Shown here in pieces: positions 28,550-39,129 of a DNA stretch of 64,000 nt; the first letter of the stretch is position 1; every line of letters starts with the position of its first letter. The stretch covers positions 96,001-160,000 of the forward strand of contig CAWBAN010000004.1 of the NCBI GenBank assembly GCA_963786935.1, in the 5' to 3' direction. A model generated the notes under the pieces. That model had not been told where the DNA came from. It made no database searches and was given only the letters and a program-made list of their open reading frames with translations. The DNA comes from an uncultured bacterium (lineage in GTDB: Bacteria > Krumholzibacteriota > Krumholzibacteriia > Krumholzibacteriales > Krumholzibacteriaceae). The position numbers were made by a program, and so were the translations under genes.

Positions 28550-29320
28550 ATGCATCGCATGCGGATTCTGCGCTTGTGGTTCATCCTCTCCTGCACGACG
28601 CTTCTCGCGGGAGCCGCGTTTGCGCAGGAGGCCCCGGCTTCCTCGGCGACACCGGCTGCCGCCGCGGCGGAGGAAACGAAGACTGACGCCCGGCCGAACT
28701 CCCTCTATCCCGGGTCGTGGTCCCTGCAATTCCAGATCACGGAGGATATCGGGCTCAAGCCGTTCAACGGGATGATCTTCTCGGTGAAGAGGCATTTCTC
28801 GGAGCGCTCGGCGCTGAGGCTCGGATTCCGCTTCGATATCGACTGGAATGATGCGGAAGGGTCGGGCACGCGGGAGACCTCGTCAGGACCGAATGACACG
28901 CGCGAGGAAAGCGAGGATAGCGATTATGAGAAAATCACCATCGACCTCTCATACCTCCGCTACGTGCGGCCGGGCTCGTATGTGAACTTCTTCTGGGGAG
29001 CGGGGCCGCTCGTCAGCTTCTCCAGAAGCTCGCAGACCGAAGTTGAGTCTCTTTCATCCGAATCGCGCGAACAAAATAGATATTCGCGTTCATGGAGCGT
29101 CGGCGCTCTCGGGCTCATCGGCGTCGAATGGTTTCTCCAGGAGCATTTCAGCTTTCATGCGGAGTATCGCGCATCGTTCTCGTACAGCGAGGGGTATACA
29201 GAGACCAACTCGAGCACGACGTTTTCGTCGCGCACGTATAACCAACAGGATCTCTACGAAAGCTCTTCGTGGAATTTTGAGAGCGTCAACGTCATCCTCG
29301 GGCTGAGCGTTTATTTCTGA
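28550..29320 (+). CDS. Outer-membrane beta-barrel protein
   Basis: AGGAGG RBS, signal peptide, amphipathic strands, C-terminal LGLSVYF. Confidence 0.8.
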   Translation: MHRMRILRLWFILSCTTLLAGAAFAQEAPASSATPAAAAAEETKTDARPNSLYPGSWSLQFQITEDIGLKPFNGMIFSVKRHFSERSALRLGFRFDIDWNDAEGSGTRETSSGPNDTREESEDSDYEKITIDLSYLRYVRPGSYVNFFWGAGPLVSFSRSSQTEVESLSSESREQNRYSRSWSVGALGLIGVEWFLQEHFSFHAEYRASFSYSEGYTETNSSTTFSSRTYNQQDLYESSSWNFESVNVILGLSVYF

Positions 29321-30044
29321 TCTCGCGCCCTGGGGATTTTCGCGGGGGAGGCGGCGGCTCGATAAGGGCGGACGGGCAGAGCGCCGCGACCGCGCACGCG
29401 CCGCACTTCGGGACGGGCGCCTTGCAGACGGCGCGCCCGTGGCTCTTGAGATAGAAGGGGAGCCGGCGCCATTCCCGCCTGTCGAAGAGCTTCATCAGAT
29501 CGAGCTCGATCTTCCCGGGATCGGCGTTCGCCGTCCACCCGAGGCGTCCCGCAACGCGGATGACGTGCGTGTCGACGACGACGCCCTCGACCTTCTCGAA
29601 CCCGTGCTGGAGGATCGCATTCGCCGATTTGCGGGCGATGCCGGGAAGCGTGAGAAGACCTTCCATCGTGTCGGGCACCGAGCCGCCGAACCGCTCGACG
29701 ATCGCGGCCGAGGCCCCCTTGATCGCCTTCGCTTTGTTCCGGTAGAAGCCGGTCGGGCGCACCTCCCGCTCGATCTCCTCGATGGGCGCCTCGGCGAGTT
29801 CGGCGGGGGCGGGGTATTTCCGGAAGAGCCCGGCCGTCACCTCGTTCACCTTCTCGTCGGTGCACTGGGCGGAGAGGATCGTGGCCACGAGGAGCTGGAA
29901 CGGATTCTCGAATCGCAGGTAGTGCCGGGGATTCGGATAGAGCCGTTTGAATTCGGCGAGGACCGCGAGCGCCTTCCGCTCGTCCGCAGGTCCGCCGCCG
30001 CCGCCGCGGACCTTCTTTATATCGTTTTTTCGCGTATCCATCAC
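29292..30044 (-). CDS. nth: Endonuclease III
   Basis: PFQLLVATILSAQCTD, GFYRNKAK, HhH LPGIARKSAN, VDTHV, 4Fe-4S motif CKAPVPKCGACAVAALC. Confidence 0.94.
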   Translation of the reverse strand: MMDTRKNDIKKVRGGGGGPADERKALAVLAEFKRLYPNPRHYLRFENPFQLLVATILSAQCTDEKVNEVTAGLFRKYPAPAELAEAPIEEIEREVRPTGFYRNKAKAIKGASAAIVERFGGSVPDTMEGLLTLPGIARKSANAILQHGFEKVEGVVVDTHVIRVAGRLGWTANADPGKIELDLMKLFDRREWRRLPFYLKSHGRAVCKAPVPKCGACAVAALCPSALIEPPPPPRKSPGREIRNKRSARG

Positions 30045-30086
30045 GGGCGAAAAGCGTATACAGTAATATGCGGCCAGTCAACAGAG

Positions 30087-30115
30087 TTGCAATTTCGGCG
30101 TGCTAACCTTATATT
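30087..30115 (+). promoter_or_regulatory. Sigma-70-type promoter
   Basis: TTGCAA-17 nt-TATATT just upstream of ATG 30123; possibly a leaderless or very short-leader mRNA. Confidence 0.5.
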
Positions 30116-30122
30116 GTGCACT

Positions 30123-30620
30123 ATGAAATTATTGAAGAGCGCGATTCTCCAGGCGATAGCGATCGTCGTCGTCGCGGCCGCGGTGGCGATTGCCTTCAAC
30201 TCCTTTTCCCGCAACGGGATAAATCCATTCAAGATGTCCGTCAAGGTGCCGGTCGCGGCGGATTCGAGCGGGGTCGGGGAGGAAGGAATCCGGATCATCG
30301 GGCTGGATGAGGCGCGGCGCTTCGCCGAAAGCGGCGCGCGCGTCATCGACGCCCGCCGGAAGGAAGAATATGACGCGGGGCATATCCCCGGCGCCATCCT
30401 TTTCGATTATCTGGACATGGGGACATACCGGGACCGGGTGCTCGCCGTCCTTTCGAACGAGTTTGAAATCATGGTCTACTGCTCCGAGCCGGCCTGCGAC
30501 GATTCCGAGCTTCTCGCGAAGGAGCTCTACGCGCTCGGCTTCACGAAGCTCCTCGTGTTCAAGGGCGGATTCGCCGAATGGTCCGCCGCCGGGCTCCCCG
30601 TCGAAAGGGGCGAGCAATGA
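30123..30620 (+). CDS. Membrane-anchored rhodanese-like domain protein
   Basis: N-terminal TM; IDARRKEEYDAGHIPGA, VYCSEPACDDS, FKGGFAEW..AGLP. Confidence 0.88.
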   Translation: MKLLKSAILQAIAIVVVAAAVAIAFNSFSRNGINPFKMSVKVPVAADSSGVGEEGIRIIGLDEARRFAESGARVIDARRKEEYDAGHIPGAILFDYLDMGTYRDRVLAVLSNEFEIMVYCSEPACDDSELLAKELYALGFTKLLVFKGGFAEWSAAGLPVERGEQ

Positions 30621-31147
30621 TGAAGACTCTATGGGCGCCGGGCGCCGGAGCGGCGGGGAATTCGCGGAGCGGCAGCCGCTGGATCTTCAATCCCTATCTC
30701 CTTCTCGTTTTCCGTCTCGCGCTCGCCGCGGTCTTCATCTACGCGGCGGCGCAGAAGATCGGGAAGCCCCTCGCCTTCGCGCAGGAGATACACAACTACG
30801 GCGTCGTCGATTACGGGGCGCCGCTCTATCTGATGGCGGTCGTGCTCCCGTGGGTAGAGCTCCTCTGCGGGCTCGCCCTCGTGACCGGCGTCGGCGTCCG
30901 GGGCGCCGCGCTCATTCTCCTCGGGCTCAACGCGATGTTCCTCGCCGTCATCGCGAAGAAGACGGCCGGCTACGTGTCCGGCGGCACGCCGTTCATGAAG
31001 GTCTATTTCGACTGCGGGTGCGGATTCGGCGCGACCTACGCCTGGAAGAAGCTCCTCGAGGACGCCCTCTACCTGCTCCTCGCGCTCGCGCTTCTCGCCG
31101 CGCCCCGCCACCGGTTCATCGTGTCCGTGAAAAGGAGGTCAGTATGA
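30617..31147 (+). CDS. MauE/DoxX family redox-associated membrane protein
   Basis: RLALAAVFIYAAAQKI, LPWVELLCG, DCGCGFG. Confidence 0.85.
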   Translation: MMKTLWAPGAGAAGNSRSGSRWIFNPYLLLVFRLALAAVFIYAAAQKIGKPLAFAQEIHNYGVVDYGAPLYLMAVVLPWVELLCGLALVTGVGVRGAALILLGLNAMFLAVIAKKTAGYVSGGTPFMKVYFDCGCGFGATYAWKKLLEDALYLLLALALLAAPRHRFIVSVKRRSV

Positions 31148-31644
31148 ACAGGAGCGCAATGGCCGTCGGGCTCGCGGTTCTCGTCGCATCGATCGGATCG
31201 TGGGCCGCTCCCGCCGCGGCCGCCGACGTGGGCCCGCGCACGTGGGAGCTCGGCGTCATCCTCGGCGAGCCGACGGGGCTCAGCGCCAAGTACTGGACGT
31301 CGACGAACACGGCGATCGATTTCGGCGCCGCGTGGTCGTTCGGCGAGGACGGCCGCTTTCATCTCCACGCCGACTACCTCTATCACAACTCCGATATATT
31401 CCGGGTGGACCAGGGGAGCCTGCCGCTCTACTTCGGCATCGGCGGCCGCGTCCGCTTCGATGAAGACAACAACGAGCACGACAACGACGGCACCCGCGTG
31501 GGCCTCAGGCTCGTGCTCGGGCTCGAGTACATCGTGGAGCAGTACCCGATGAGCGTCTTCTTTGAAATCGCCCCGATCGTCGACCTGGCCCCCGAGACCG
31601 AGGGGAGCATGAACGGCGGATTGGGAATTCGCTACGTATTCTAA
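31144..31644 (+). CDS. Small outer-membrane beta-barrel protein (DUF3996-like)
   Basis: Signal peptide; LGVILGEPTGLSAKYW, HADYLYH, YFGIGGR, GLGIRYVF C-terminus. Confidence 0.75.
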   Translation: MNRSAMAVGLAVLVASIGSWAAPAAAADVGPRTWELGVILGEPTGLSAKYWTSTNTAIDFGAAWSFGEDGRFHLHADYLYHNSDIFRVDQGSLPLYFGIGGRVRFDEDNNEHDNDGTRVGLRLVLGLEYIVEQYPMSVFFEIAPIVDLAPETEGSMNGGLGIRYVF

Positions 31645-31661
31645 GAAAGGTGAACGTGGTT

Positions 31662-33419
31662 ATGCCGGGCAAGCAGATCAAATCGGGCAGCAAGCCGCCG
31701 GCTCAGGGCTCCCGCGCGGAGCTGGGCCTGAGCTACGCCTATACGGGCTCCGAACGTCCGCTCATCGGCGAAACGATCGGCGACATGTTCGAGCGCATCG
31801 CGAAGACCTATCCCGACAACGAGGCGCTCGTCTATCTTCCGACGGGCGTGCGGTACACGTACCGCGAGTTCCACGAGATATGCCGCGCCGCCGCGAAGAG
31901 CTTCATCGCGATGGGCGTGCGCAAGGGGGACCGCGTCGCCGTATGGGCGACGAATCATCCCGAATGGCTGATCGCGCAGTTCTCGACGGCGCTCGTCGGG
32001 GCGATCCTCGTCACGGTGAATCCCGCGTACAAGACGCATGAGCTCGAGTATGGGCTCAAGAACGCCGAGGTGCAGACGCTGATTCTCATCCCGCGGTTCA
32101 AGAGCTCGGAATACGCGCAGATGATCAATCAGATCATCCCGGATCTCAAGAGCTCGAAGCCGGGCGCGCTGGAGTCGAAGGCGTTCCCGCAGCTCAAGAC
32201 CGTCATCATGATCGGCCCGGAATCCCATCCCGGCACGATGCCGTGGGCGGAGTTCATGCGCAAGGGGGAGACCGTTTCAGACGGCGAGCTCGCCGAGCGC
32301 ATGGCCGACTGCGACTTCGACGACGTCATCAACGTGCAGTACACCTCGGGGACGACGGGGCTCCCGAAGGGCGCGAGCCTCACGCACCACAACATCCTCA
32401 ACAACGCGCACTTCGTCGCCGAAGGGATGCACTTCACCGACAAGGACCGGCTCTGTATCCCGGTGCCGCTCTACCACTGCTTCGGCATGGTGCTCTCGAG
32501 CCTCCTCTGCGTGACGCACGGCGCGACGATGGTGTTCCCGTCGGAGTACTACGACGCGCTCCTCGTGCTCCAGGCGGTCGAGAAGGAGCGCTGCACCGCG
32601 CTCCACGGCGTTCCGACGATGTTCATCGCCGAGCTCGAGCACCCCGAATTCAAGAAGTTCGATCTCACCTCGCTCCGCACCGGCGTCATGGCCGGGGCGC
32701 CCTGCCCGATCGAGCTCATGAAGCGTGTGAACGACGCGATGCACCTGACCGAGATCACGATCGGCTACGGCGAGACCGAGGCCTCGCCGATCGTCACGCA
32801 GACCCTCGCCCGCGACACGCTCGAGCGGCGCACCGAGACGGTCGGCCCCGCGATCCCGCACACCGAGCTCAAGGTCGTCGATCCGGCGACGGGGAAGACC
32901 GTGCCGGTCGGCGAGCAGGGGGAGATCTGCGCACGCGGATACCAGATCATGCGCGGCTACTATAATAACGAGAAGGCGACGAAGGAGGCCGTCGACGAGG
33001 CGGGCTGGCTCCACACGGGGGACATCGGCCTCATGCGCCCGGACGGCGCCTTCAAGATCACCGGCCGCATCAAGGACATGATCATCCGCGGCGGCGAAAA
33101 CATCTACCCGCGCGAGATCGAGGAGTTCCTCTACACGAATTCCAAGATCCGCGACGCGCAGGTCATCGGCGTCCCCGACCGCAAGATGGGCGAGGAGATC
33201 TGCGTCTGGATCCAGCTCCGGGAAGGGGAGTCGTCGACGGAGGAGGAGATCAAGGAGTGGTGCAAGGGTCGCATCGCCCACTACAAGATCCCCCGCTACG
33301 TGAAGTTCGTCACGGAGTTCCCGATGACCGTCACGGGGAAGATCCAGAAGTTCAAGATGCGCGAGATCTCGATCCGCGAGCTCGGCCTCGAGGACGTCGC
33401 CAAGATCAAGATGGCGTGA
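31662..33419 (+). CDS. AMP-binding acyl-CoA synthetase
   Basis: QYTSGTTGLPKG, PLYHCFG, YGETE, GWLHTGD, GRIKDMIIRGGENIYPREIE, PMTVTGKIQK. Alternative GTG start at 31650. Confidence 0.93.
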   Translation: MPGKQIKSGSKPPAQGSRAELGLSYAYTGSERPLIGETIGDMFERIAKTYPDNEALVYLPTGVRYTYREFHEICRAAAKSFIAMGVRKGDRVAVWATNHPEWLIAQFSTALVGAILVTVNPAYKTHELEYGLKNAEVQTLILIPRFKSSEYAQMINQIIPDLKSSKPGALESKAFPQLKTVIMIGPESHPGTMPWAEFMRKGETVSDGELAERMADCDFDDVINVQYTSGTTGLPKGASLTHHNILNNAHFVAEGMHFTDKDRLCIPVPLYHCFGMVLSSLLCVTHGATMVFPSEYYDALLVLQAVEKERCTALHGVPTMFIAELEHPEFKKFDLTSLRTGVMAGAPCPIELMKRVNDAMHLTEITIGYGETEASPIVTQTLARDTLERRTETVGPAIPHTELKVVDPATGKTVPVGEQGEICARGYQIMRGYYNNEKATKEAVDEAGWLHTGDIGLMRPDGAFKITGRIKDMIIRGGENIYPREIEEFLYTNSKIRDAQVIGVPDRKMGEEICVWIQLREGESSTEEEIKEWCKGRIAHYKIPRYVKFVTEFPMTVTGKIQKFKMREISIRELGLEDVAKIKMA

Positions 33420-33422
33420 ATT

Positions 33423-33594
33423 GGCGCGGACACTTCGCTCCGAACTCAGTCGCAGAGCCTCCAATGAGTTCGTCGCGAAGTGTCCGCGCCCTGCACAGTC
33501 GCGGAGCCTCCAATGGGTTCGTCGCGAGAGTGTCCGCGCCCTCGGCGCCCTGCCCAGTCGCGGCGCCTCCAATGCGCTCGTCGCGGGAGTGTCC
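33423..33594. repeat. Three tandem copies of a ~40-bp REP-like repeat
   Basis: Consensus CAGTCGCRGMGCCTCCAATGNGYTCGTCGCG...GTGTCC at 33447-33485, 33496-33535 and 33555-33594; 33423-33438 pairs with 33475-33490. Confidence 0.85.
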
Positions 33595-33635
33595 AAGCCT
33601 CTCGCGTGCGCCGGAAACTTGGCGCGCATTACATC

Positions 33636-36008
33636 TCATTGAAACGCCATGGCCACCCTGAACCGCTCTTCGGCGGTGAGGATGTGATCGGCATCCAGCG
33701 CGGCCTTATCGATGTCGATCTCCAACCAGTTGATCTGGCCGTTGAAGGCATTGCCCCGCGGCCCGTAATCCGGCGAAACGGGCGAGCCCTCTTCGACGCC
33801 CACGTCCGCCGTCTCGTCGGCGGAGAAGGCGAAGGGCTCGGTCATCTCGACGCGGCCCTCTCCCGTCTTTTGGCCGTCGGTGTAGAGCGATACGGTGCCG
33901 CCCTTGGCTGGGCCTCCACCGTCGTAAGCGAACTCCATCCGGACCTGGTGCTTGCCGGCCGGGATTATCTTGGCGCCTTCGACGAAGAAATGCCTGAGCC
34001 CAAGGAAGTTGTAGCAATACTTGAGCTTGCCGTCTTTGGCGTAAAGGCTGAAACCGCCGGTGAGGCCGCCCCAGGCGAAAATGACGCCTTCGGCCCGGGC
34101 GTCCGGGATGACCACTTCTGCCGTGAGGGCGAAGGTCTTGTTCATGAGGGAGAGGATCGCGTGAGTTGACAGGCCCTTCATCCCGCCGAAGAGCATCTGC
34201 CGGCTGCCGTGGATGAGTTGAGGCCGCCCGGCGACATCCGGATTGAAGCGCTCGGCAAGACGGTCATCGATCGGTATCACGTTATACTTCGCGGCTTCGA
34301 TCAGCCAAAGGCGCTGGAGCTCGCGGAGCTTCTCCGGCATCTTCTTGGCCAGGTCGCGGGACTGGGCCCAATCGGTGTTCGTGTCGTAGAGCTCCCAGAC
34401 GTCGTCATCGAAAGCGCGGGTCTTGATCGCGCCCACCTCCCAGGGGATGCGGTGCTGGGTGACCGCCGTCCAGCCCTTATGGTAGATGCCGCGGTTGCCG
34501 ACGATCTCGAAGTACTGTGTCTCGTGCCGCTCCGCCGCCTTGGCGTCGTCGAACGAGTAGAGCAGGCTGAAGCCTTCGTACGGCTTCTGCTGGATGCCGT
34601 TGACGAAGGTCGGCTCCGGCAGGCCCGCCGCCTCGAGGACCGTCGGCGCCACGTCGATCACGTGGCCGAACTGGCTGCGGATCTCCCCCTTGGCCTTGAT
34701 GCCCTTGGGCCAATGGACGATGGTGCCGTTCCGGGTGCCGCCCCAGTGCGAGGCGACCTGCTTGGTCCACTGGTAGGGCGTGTCCATGGCGTGCGCCCAG
34801 CCCACCGCATAGTGGTTGTAGGCCTCGGGGCCTCCGAACTTGTCGATGTTTTTCTTCAGAAATTCCGGAGTTTCCAGATGGGCGAGCCCGTTGAGCGGGA
34901 TCATCTCGTTGAACGTGCCCTGGAGTGTGCCTTCTCCCGAGGCGCCGTTGTCGCCGATGATGTAGAAGATGAGCGTGTCGTCCAGGATCTCCAGGTCCGC
35001 CAGCGCGCCGATGAGCCGCCCGACATGGTGATCGGTGTGTTCCAGGAATCCGGCGTAGATCTCCATCTGCCGGGCCAGGATCGGTTTCATTTCGGGCGAA
35101 ATGTCGTCCCAGGCCGGTATCTCCGGGTGGCGCTTCGTGAGGTCGCAGTCGGGCGGGATGACGCCCAGCTTCTTCTGACGGGCAAAGGTCTCTTCACGCA
35201 GCTTGTCCCAGCCCTGATCGAACTTCCCCTTGTACTTGTCCGACCATTCCTTCGGGACGTGGTGCGGCGCGTGCGTCGCCCCCGGCGCGAAATACATGAA
35301 GAAGGGCTTGTCCGGCACCAGGGATTTTTGCCGGCGGACCCACTGGATGGCCTTGTCGGCCAGATCTTCGGTAAGGTGGTATCCCTCTTCGGGTGTCTTC
35401 TTGAGCTCGACCGGCGTTATGCCCTCATAGAGCGACGGATAGTACTGGTTGGTCTCGGCGCAGATGAAACCGTAGAAATACTCGAACCCGCTGCCTGTCG
35501 GCCAGGCGTCGTAGGGGCCCGCGGGACTGGTCTCCCAGCAGGGCACCTCGTGGCACTTGCCGAACTGGGACGTGGCGTACCCGTTGAGCTTGAGCGTTTG
35601 GGCCAGGGGCGCGCAGCTCTTCGGACGTATCGAGCAGTTGCCCGGCGCCGAAGTGGCCATCTCGGTGATGCCGCCCATGCCGACCGTGTGGTGGTTGCGC
35701 CCCGTGAGGAGCGCCTGGCGCGTCGGCGAGCACAGCGCCGTCGTATGGAAGCGGTTGTAGCGGAGCCCGTTCGCCGCGAGGCGTTCCGCGGTCGGCGTGT
35801 GACACGGGCCGCCGAAGGCGCTCGAGGCGCCGAACCCCGTATCGTCGATCAGAATGACGAGCACGTTGGGCGCCCCCTGGGGCGGCCGCAGCGGCTCGAT
35901 CGGCGGATACTTCGTATCCGGGTCCTTGGCGTCGTAGGTCGTCAGACCCACGTGCTGCCTGTCCGGGATTGGCAGGACCTGTCTTTGAATCTTGTCAGGC
36001 GAACTCAT
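33636..36008 (-). CDS. Arylsulfatase (formylglycine-dependent, Cys-type)
   Basis: PNVLVILIDDTG, LCSPTRQALLTGR, FGKCH, HAPHH, GDNG; no obvious signal peptide. Confidence 0.93.
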   Translation of the reverse strand: MSSPDKIQRQVLPIPDRQHVGLTTYDAKDPDTKYPPIEPLRPPQGAPNVLVILIDDTGFGASSAFGGPCHTPTAERLAANGLRYNRFHTTALCSPTRQALLTGRNHHTVGMGGITEMATSAPGNCSIRPKSCAPLAQTLKLNGYATSQFGKCHEVPCWETSPAGPYDAWPTGSGFEYFYGFICAETNQYYPSLYEGITPVELKKTPEEGYHLTEDLADKAIQWVRRQKSLVPDKPFFMYFAPGATHAPHHVPKEWSDKYKGKFDQGWDKLREETFARQKKLGVIPPDCDLTKRHPEIPAWDDISPEMKPILARQMEIYAGFLEHTDHHVGRLIGALADLEILDDTLIFYIIGDNGASGEGTLQGTFNEMIPLNGLAHLETPEFLKKNIDKFGGPEAYNHYAVGWAHAMDTPYQWTKQVASHWGGTRNGTIVHWPKGIKAKGEIRSQFGHVIDVAPTVLEAAGLPEPTFVNGIQQKPYEGFSLLYSFDDAKAAERHETQYFEIVGNRGIYHKGWTAVTQHRIPWEVGAIKTRAFDDDVWELYDTNTDWAQSRDLAKKMPEKLRELQRLWLIEAAKYNVIPIDDRLAERFNPDVAGRPQLIHGSRQMLFGGMKGLSTHAILSLMNKTFALTAEVVIPDARAEGVIFAWGGLTGGFSLYAKDGKLKYCYNFLGLRHFFVEGAKIIPAGKHQVRMEFAYDGGGPAKGGTVSLYTDGQKTGEGRVEMTEPFAFSADETADVGVEEGSPVSPDYGPRGNAFNGQINWLEIDIDKAALDADHILTAEERFRVAMAFQ

Positions 36009-36031
36009 TGCAGCCCCTCCCATTCTTGAGA

Positions 36032-36427
36032 CTATTCAGTTGCCGAAATCCGCGCCGGTTTGCGGAGCAAAGCGATGAAGCACCAGACGGCCATAACCGC
36101 ATGGACCAAAACGGCCGGCCAGAAACCGGTCCCGTAAAGCCCCAGGCCGGTGCCGGCGTACAAGAGGACGCCGGTGCCGCCGCCGTTATACAGCAGCATG
36201 GCGCCGACCATCCCTCTCGTGGCGCGGCTTTTCCCCTCGTTGCGGAGGAGCCAGCAGGCGACGGCCATGGCGAGCAAGGCGATCCCGGCCACGCGGGCGA
36301 TGACCGGCTCGATGGGCGTGCCGAACGGTGATCCAAGCAGGATTTCCCCAACAACCGAAGGCACCGCCAGCATTCCCAGGCCGGCTCCAAACTCGATAAC
36401 GGCAAGCGCAGCTAAAAGCGCTTTCAT
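36032..36427 (-). CDS. Small hypothetical membrane protein (about 4 TM)
   Basis: Hydrophobic segments; lies between the two sulfatases on the same strand. Confidence 0.7.
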   Translation of the reverse strand: MKALLAALAVIEFGAGLGMLAVPSVVGEILLGSPFGTPIEPVIARVAGIALLAMAVACWLLRNEGKSRATRGMVGAMLLYNGGGTGVLLYAGTGLGLYGTGFWPAVLVHAVMAVWCFIALLRKPARISATE

Positions 36428-36499
36428 CGTATCCCTCTCATTCCTCTCGCGTCTTGGCCTTACGGCCGGGCTACCGCCCCGGAGCAGGCATTCGCGAGT

Positions 36500-38854
36500 T
36501 TATTGCCGGGCCATGATCTTTTTCATGGTCAGCTCGTCGTCCTTGATCACCTGGCCGCTCACGTCCACCGTGACCTTGTAGAGCGTGCCGGTGAACGGGA
36601 ACGGCGCCTTGTAATCGGTCGTGACAGGTGAGCCCACGTCGGCACCCACGGCCAGGCCGCCGCCCAATCCGTATGACATGGGAGTCGTAACGGCCATCTC
36701 GATCTGGCCCACCAGCTTCTTGTCGATATAGAGCTGGGCCCGGCCGGGTGATCCCTTGCCCGCGCGGATATCGGGCTTGCCCGTCGGCTCGAACTCGAAC
36801 CTCAGCTCATGGCGTCCCGCGGGCACGTTGTCCTTGGACCGGACGATCGTGATTTCCTTGCCGACATAGTTATGCACGTAGCACAGTTTCCAGTCCTTGA
36901 CGTAGAAGGAGTATCCCCCGTCGACGCCCCCGACCGAAAACAGCACGCCTTCGGCCCCTCCCTTTGGAATCTCCGCATCGGCGGTGATGCTGTGCGGCCG
37001 GTTCAGCGTGACGACGTTGCCGCTTCCCGAGATGGGCTGCGTGTTCGGATAATACGTGTAGCTGCTGCGGTCGACCGCGATCTGGGGGCGCTCGTCCATG
37101 GCGCGCAGCATGACGCGGCCGTCCACGGGCAGGACGTTGTACTTGCCCGCCTCGACGTACCACTGGGCCACCATCTCGATCAGCTTGGCCCGGTTCTCCG
37201 CGGCCACGTTGTGGTTCTCGGCGAAGTCCTCGGCCACGTGATAGAGCTCCCAGTGATTCGCGTCGAGCTCGGTGAGGGTGGCGGCGGGGATGGGCTCGCC
37301 GAACGGCTTTTCGGCTTCGGCGAACGACGGGCCCGGCCACGGGCAGACCGCGCGCCAGCCGTCATGATAGATGGAACGGTGGCCCATCATCTCGAAATAC
37401 TGGGTGACGTGCCGCGTCGGCGCCTTGGCGTCGTCGAGGACGTGGGCGAAGCTCAGACCTTCGATCGGCGATTGAGTGACGCCCCTGACCGTCGCCGGGG
37501 CCTCGATCCCCAGAAGCTCCAGCACCGTCGGGACCATGTCGATGGCATGGGCGTACTGCGTGCGGACCTCGCCCTTGGCCTTGATGCCCTTGGGCCAGTG
37601 GACGATGAACGGGTCGCTGATGCCCCCGCGATAGGTCTCCCGCTTCCAGCGGCGGAAGGGCGTGTTGCCTGCCCAGGTCCAACCCCACGCGTAGTGGTTG
37701 TAGTACTTCGGCCCGCCGAGGTCGTCCAGGGCTTTCAAGTTATCTTCCAGGGACTCGGGCACGGAGTTGAAGAACAGGTTCTCGTTGACCGAGCCGGTCG
37801 GGCCGCCCTCGGGGCTGGCGCCGTTGTCGGAGATGAACATGATGAGCGTGTTGTCCCATTCGCCGATCTCTTTCAGAAACGCGAACAGGCGGCCATAGTG
37901 ATAATCAGTGTGGGAGAGGAATCCCGCGAACACCTCCATCATGCGCGCGTAGAGCTTCTGCTCGTCCGGTGAGCACTTGTCCCACGGCTTGACGTCGGGG
38001 TCATGGCGCGAGAGTTCGGCATCCCGGGGGACGATACCCAGCTTCTTCTGATTCTCGAAAACCATCTCCCTGTATTTGTCCCAGCCCATGTCGAACTTGC
38101 CCTTGTACTTGTCCGCCCACTCCTTGGGCACGTGGTGAGGCGCGTGCGCGGCGCCGGGGCAGAAATACATGAAGAAGGGTTTGTTCGGCGCATTCTGCTT
38201 GGCGTCGGCGATGAAGCTGATGGCCTTGTCGGTGATGTCCTCGGTGAAATGATAGCCCTCCTCCGGCGTCTTCGGCGGGTCGACCGAGTGATTGTCGTAG
38301 GTCAGATCCGGGTAGTACTGGTGCGCGTCGGCGCCGAGAAAGCCGTAGAATCGTTCGAACCCGCGGCCCAGCGGCCAGCGGTCGTACGGTCCCGCCCCGG
38401 AAGCCTCGGTGGCCGGCGTGAGATGCCACTTGCCCAGGGCAAAGGTGTTGTAACCGTGCTGGAGCAGAATCTCCGACAGGAACCCGTTCTCGAACGGGAT
38501 GTACCCGTTGCTGCCGGGAAAGCCGGTGGAGCCTTCGGTGATGCAGGACATGGCGTTGGAATGGTGATTGCGACCCGTCAGGATGCATGAGCGCGTGGGC
38601 GAACAAAGGGCCGTGGTGTGCATGTTGTTTAAGAGCAGCCCGTTCTTGGCCAAGGCGTTGATGTTGGGCGTCTCGATGGGGCTGCCGTAACATCCCATCT
38701 GGCCGAAGCCCGTGTCGTCCTGGACGATGAAGAGGACATTCGGCGCGCCCTCCCTGGCGCGAAGCGGTTGGGGCCATGCAGGCCGCGAGACATCGACGGT
38801 ACGGCCGACGACCCCCGTGAATCCTGATCCTGGCTTATACTCTTTGAGCGCCAT
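36500..38854 (-). CDS. Arylsulfatase (formylglycine-dependent, Cys-type), paralog
   Basis: PNVLFIVQDDTG, LCSPTRSCILTGR, LGKWH, HAPHH, SDNG; GGAGG RBS. Confidence 0.93.
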   Translation of the reverse strand: MALKEYKPGSGFTGVVGRTVDVSRPAWPQPLRAREGAPNVLFIVQDDTGFGQMGCYGSPIETPNINALAKNGLLLNNMHTTALCSPTRSCILTGRNHHSNAMSCITEGSTGFPGSNGYIPFENGFLSEILLQHGYNTFALGKWHLTPATEASGAGPYDRWPLGRGFERFYGFLGADAHQYYPDLTYDNHSVDPPKTPEEGYHFTEDITDKAISFIADAKQNAPNKPFFMYFCPGAAHAPHHVPKEWADKYKGKFDMGWDKYREMVFENQKKLGIVPRDAELSRHDPDVKPWDKCSPDEQKLYARMMEVFAGFLSHTDYHYGRLFAFLKEIGEWDNTLIMFISDNGASPEGGPTGSVNENLFFNSVPESLEDNLKALDDLGGPKYYNHYAWGWTWAGNTPFRRWKRETYRGGISDPFIVHWPKGIKAKGEVRTQYAHAIDMVPTVLELLGIEAPATVRGVTQSPIEGLSFAHVLDDAKAPTRHVTQYFEMMGHRSIYHDGWRAVCPWPGPSFAEAEKPFGEPIPAATLTELDANHWELYHVAEDFAENHNVAAENRAKLIEMVAQWYVEAGKYNVLPVDGRVMLRAMDERPQIAVDRSSYTYYPNTQPISGSGNVVTLNRPHSITADAEIPKGGAEGVLFSVGGVDGGYSFYVKDWKLCYVHNYVGKEITIVRSKDNVPAGRHELRFEFEPTGKPDIRAGKGSPGRAQLYIDKKLVGQIEMAVTTPMSYGLGGGLAVGADVGSPVTTDYKAPFPFTGTLYKVTVDVSGQVIKDDELTMKKIMARQ

Positions 38855-39129
38855 CTCGACCTCCCTGTTCTATTCGTATCTACCGGTGTGTTACCCAGGT
38901 ATCTTCCGTCGTCCGCCGTGTCCTCGCGGCGTCCGGAGGAGCGTCATTATCGCATTTGAACAGGCCTCGACGCCGAGTCCTGCACGGGTCGATCCGCATA
39001 CTGATGACTGGTAGCCTATCGGTGCGTAACCCCGGATGAAGGATCGGGGCTTCAGTGTAAACGACCGTAGACAAGAAGTCAAGTGCAGCAGCGGCCGCAA
39101 CCTGCAACGATTTTAAAGTAGAAGCTCGC

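Noticed and set aside
33447..33594. Possible CRISPR array
   Set aside because: Intervening segments are only 10 and 19 nt and resemble each other, the repeats are degenerate, and no cas genes are present.
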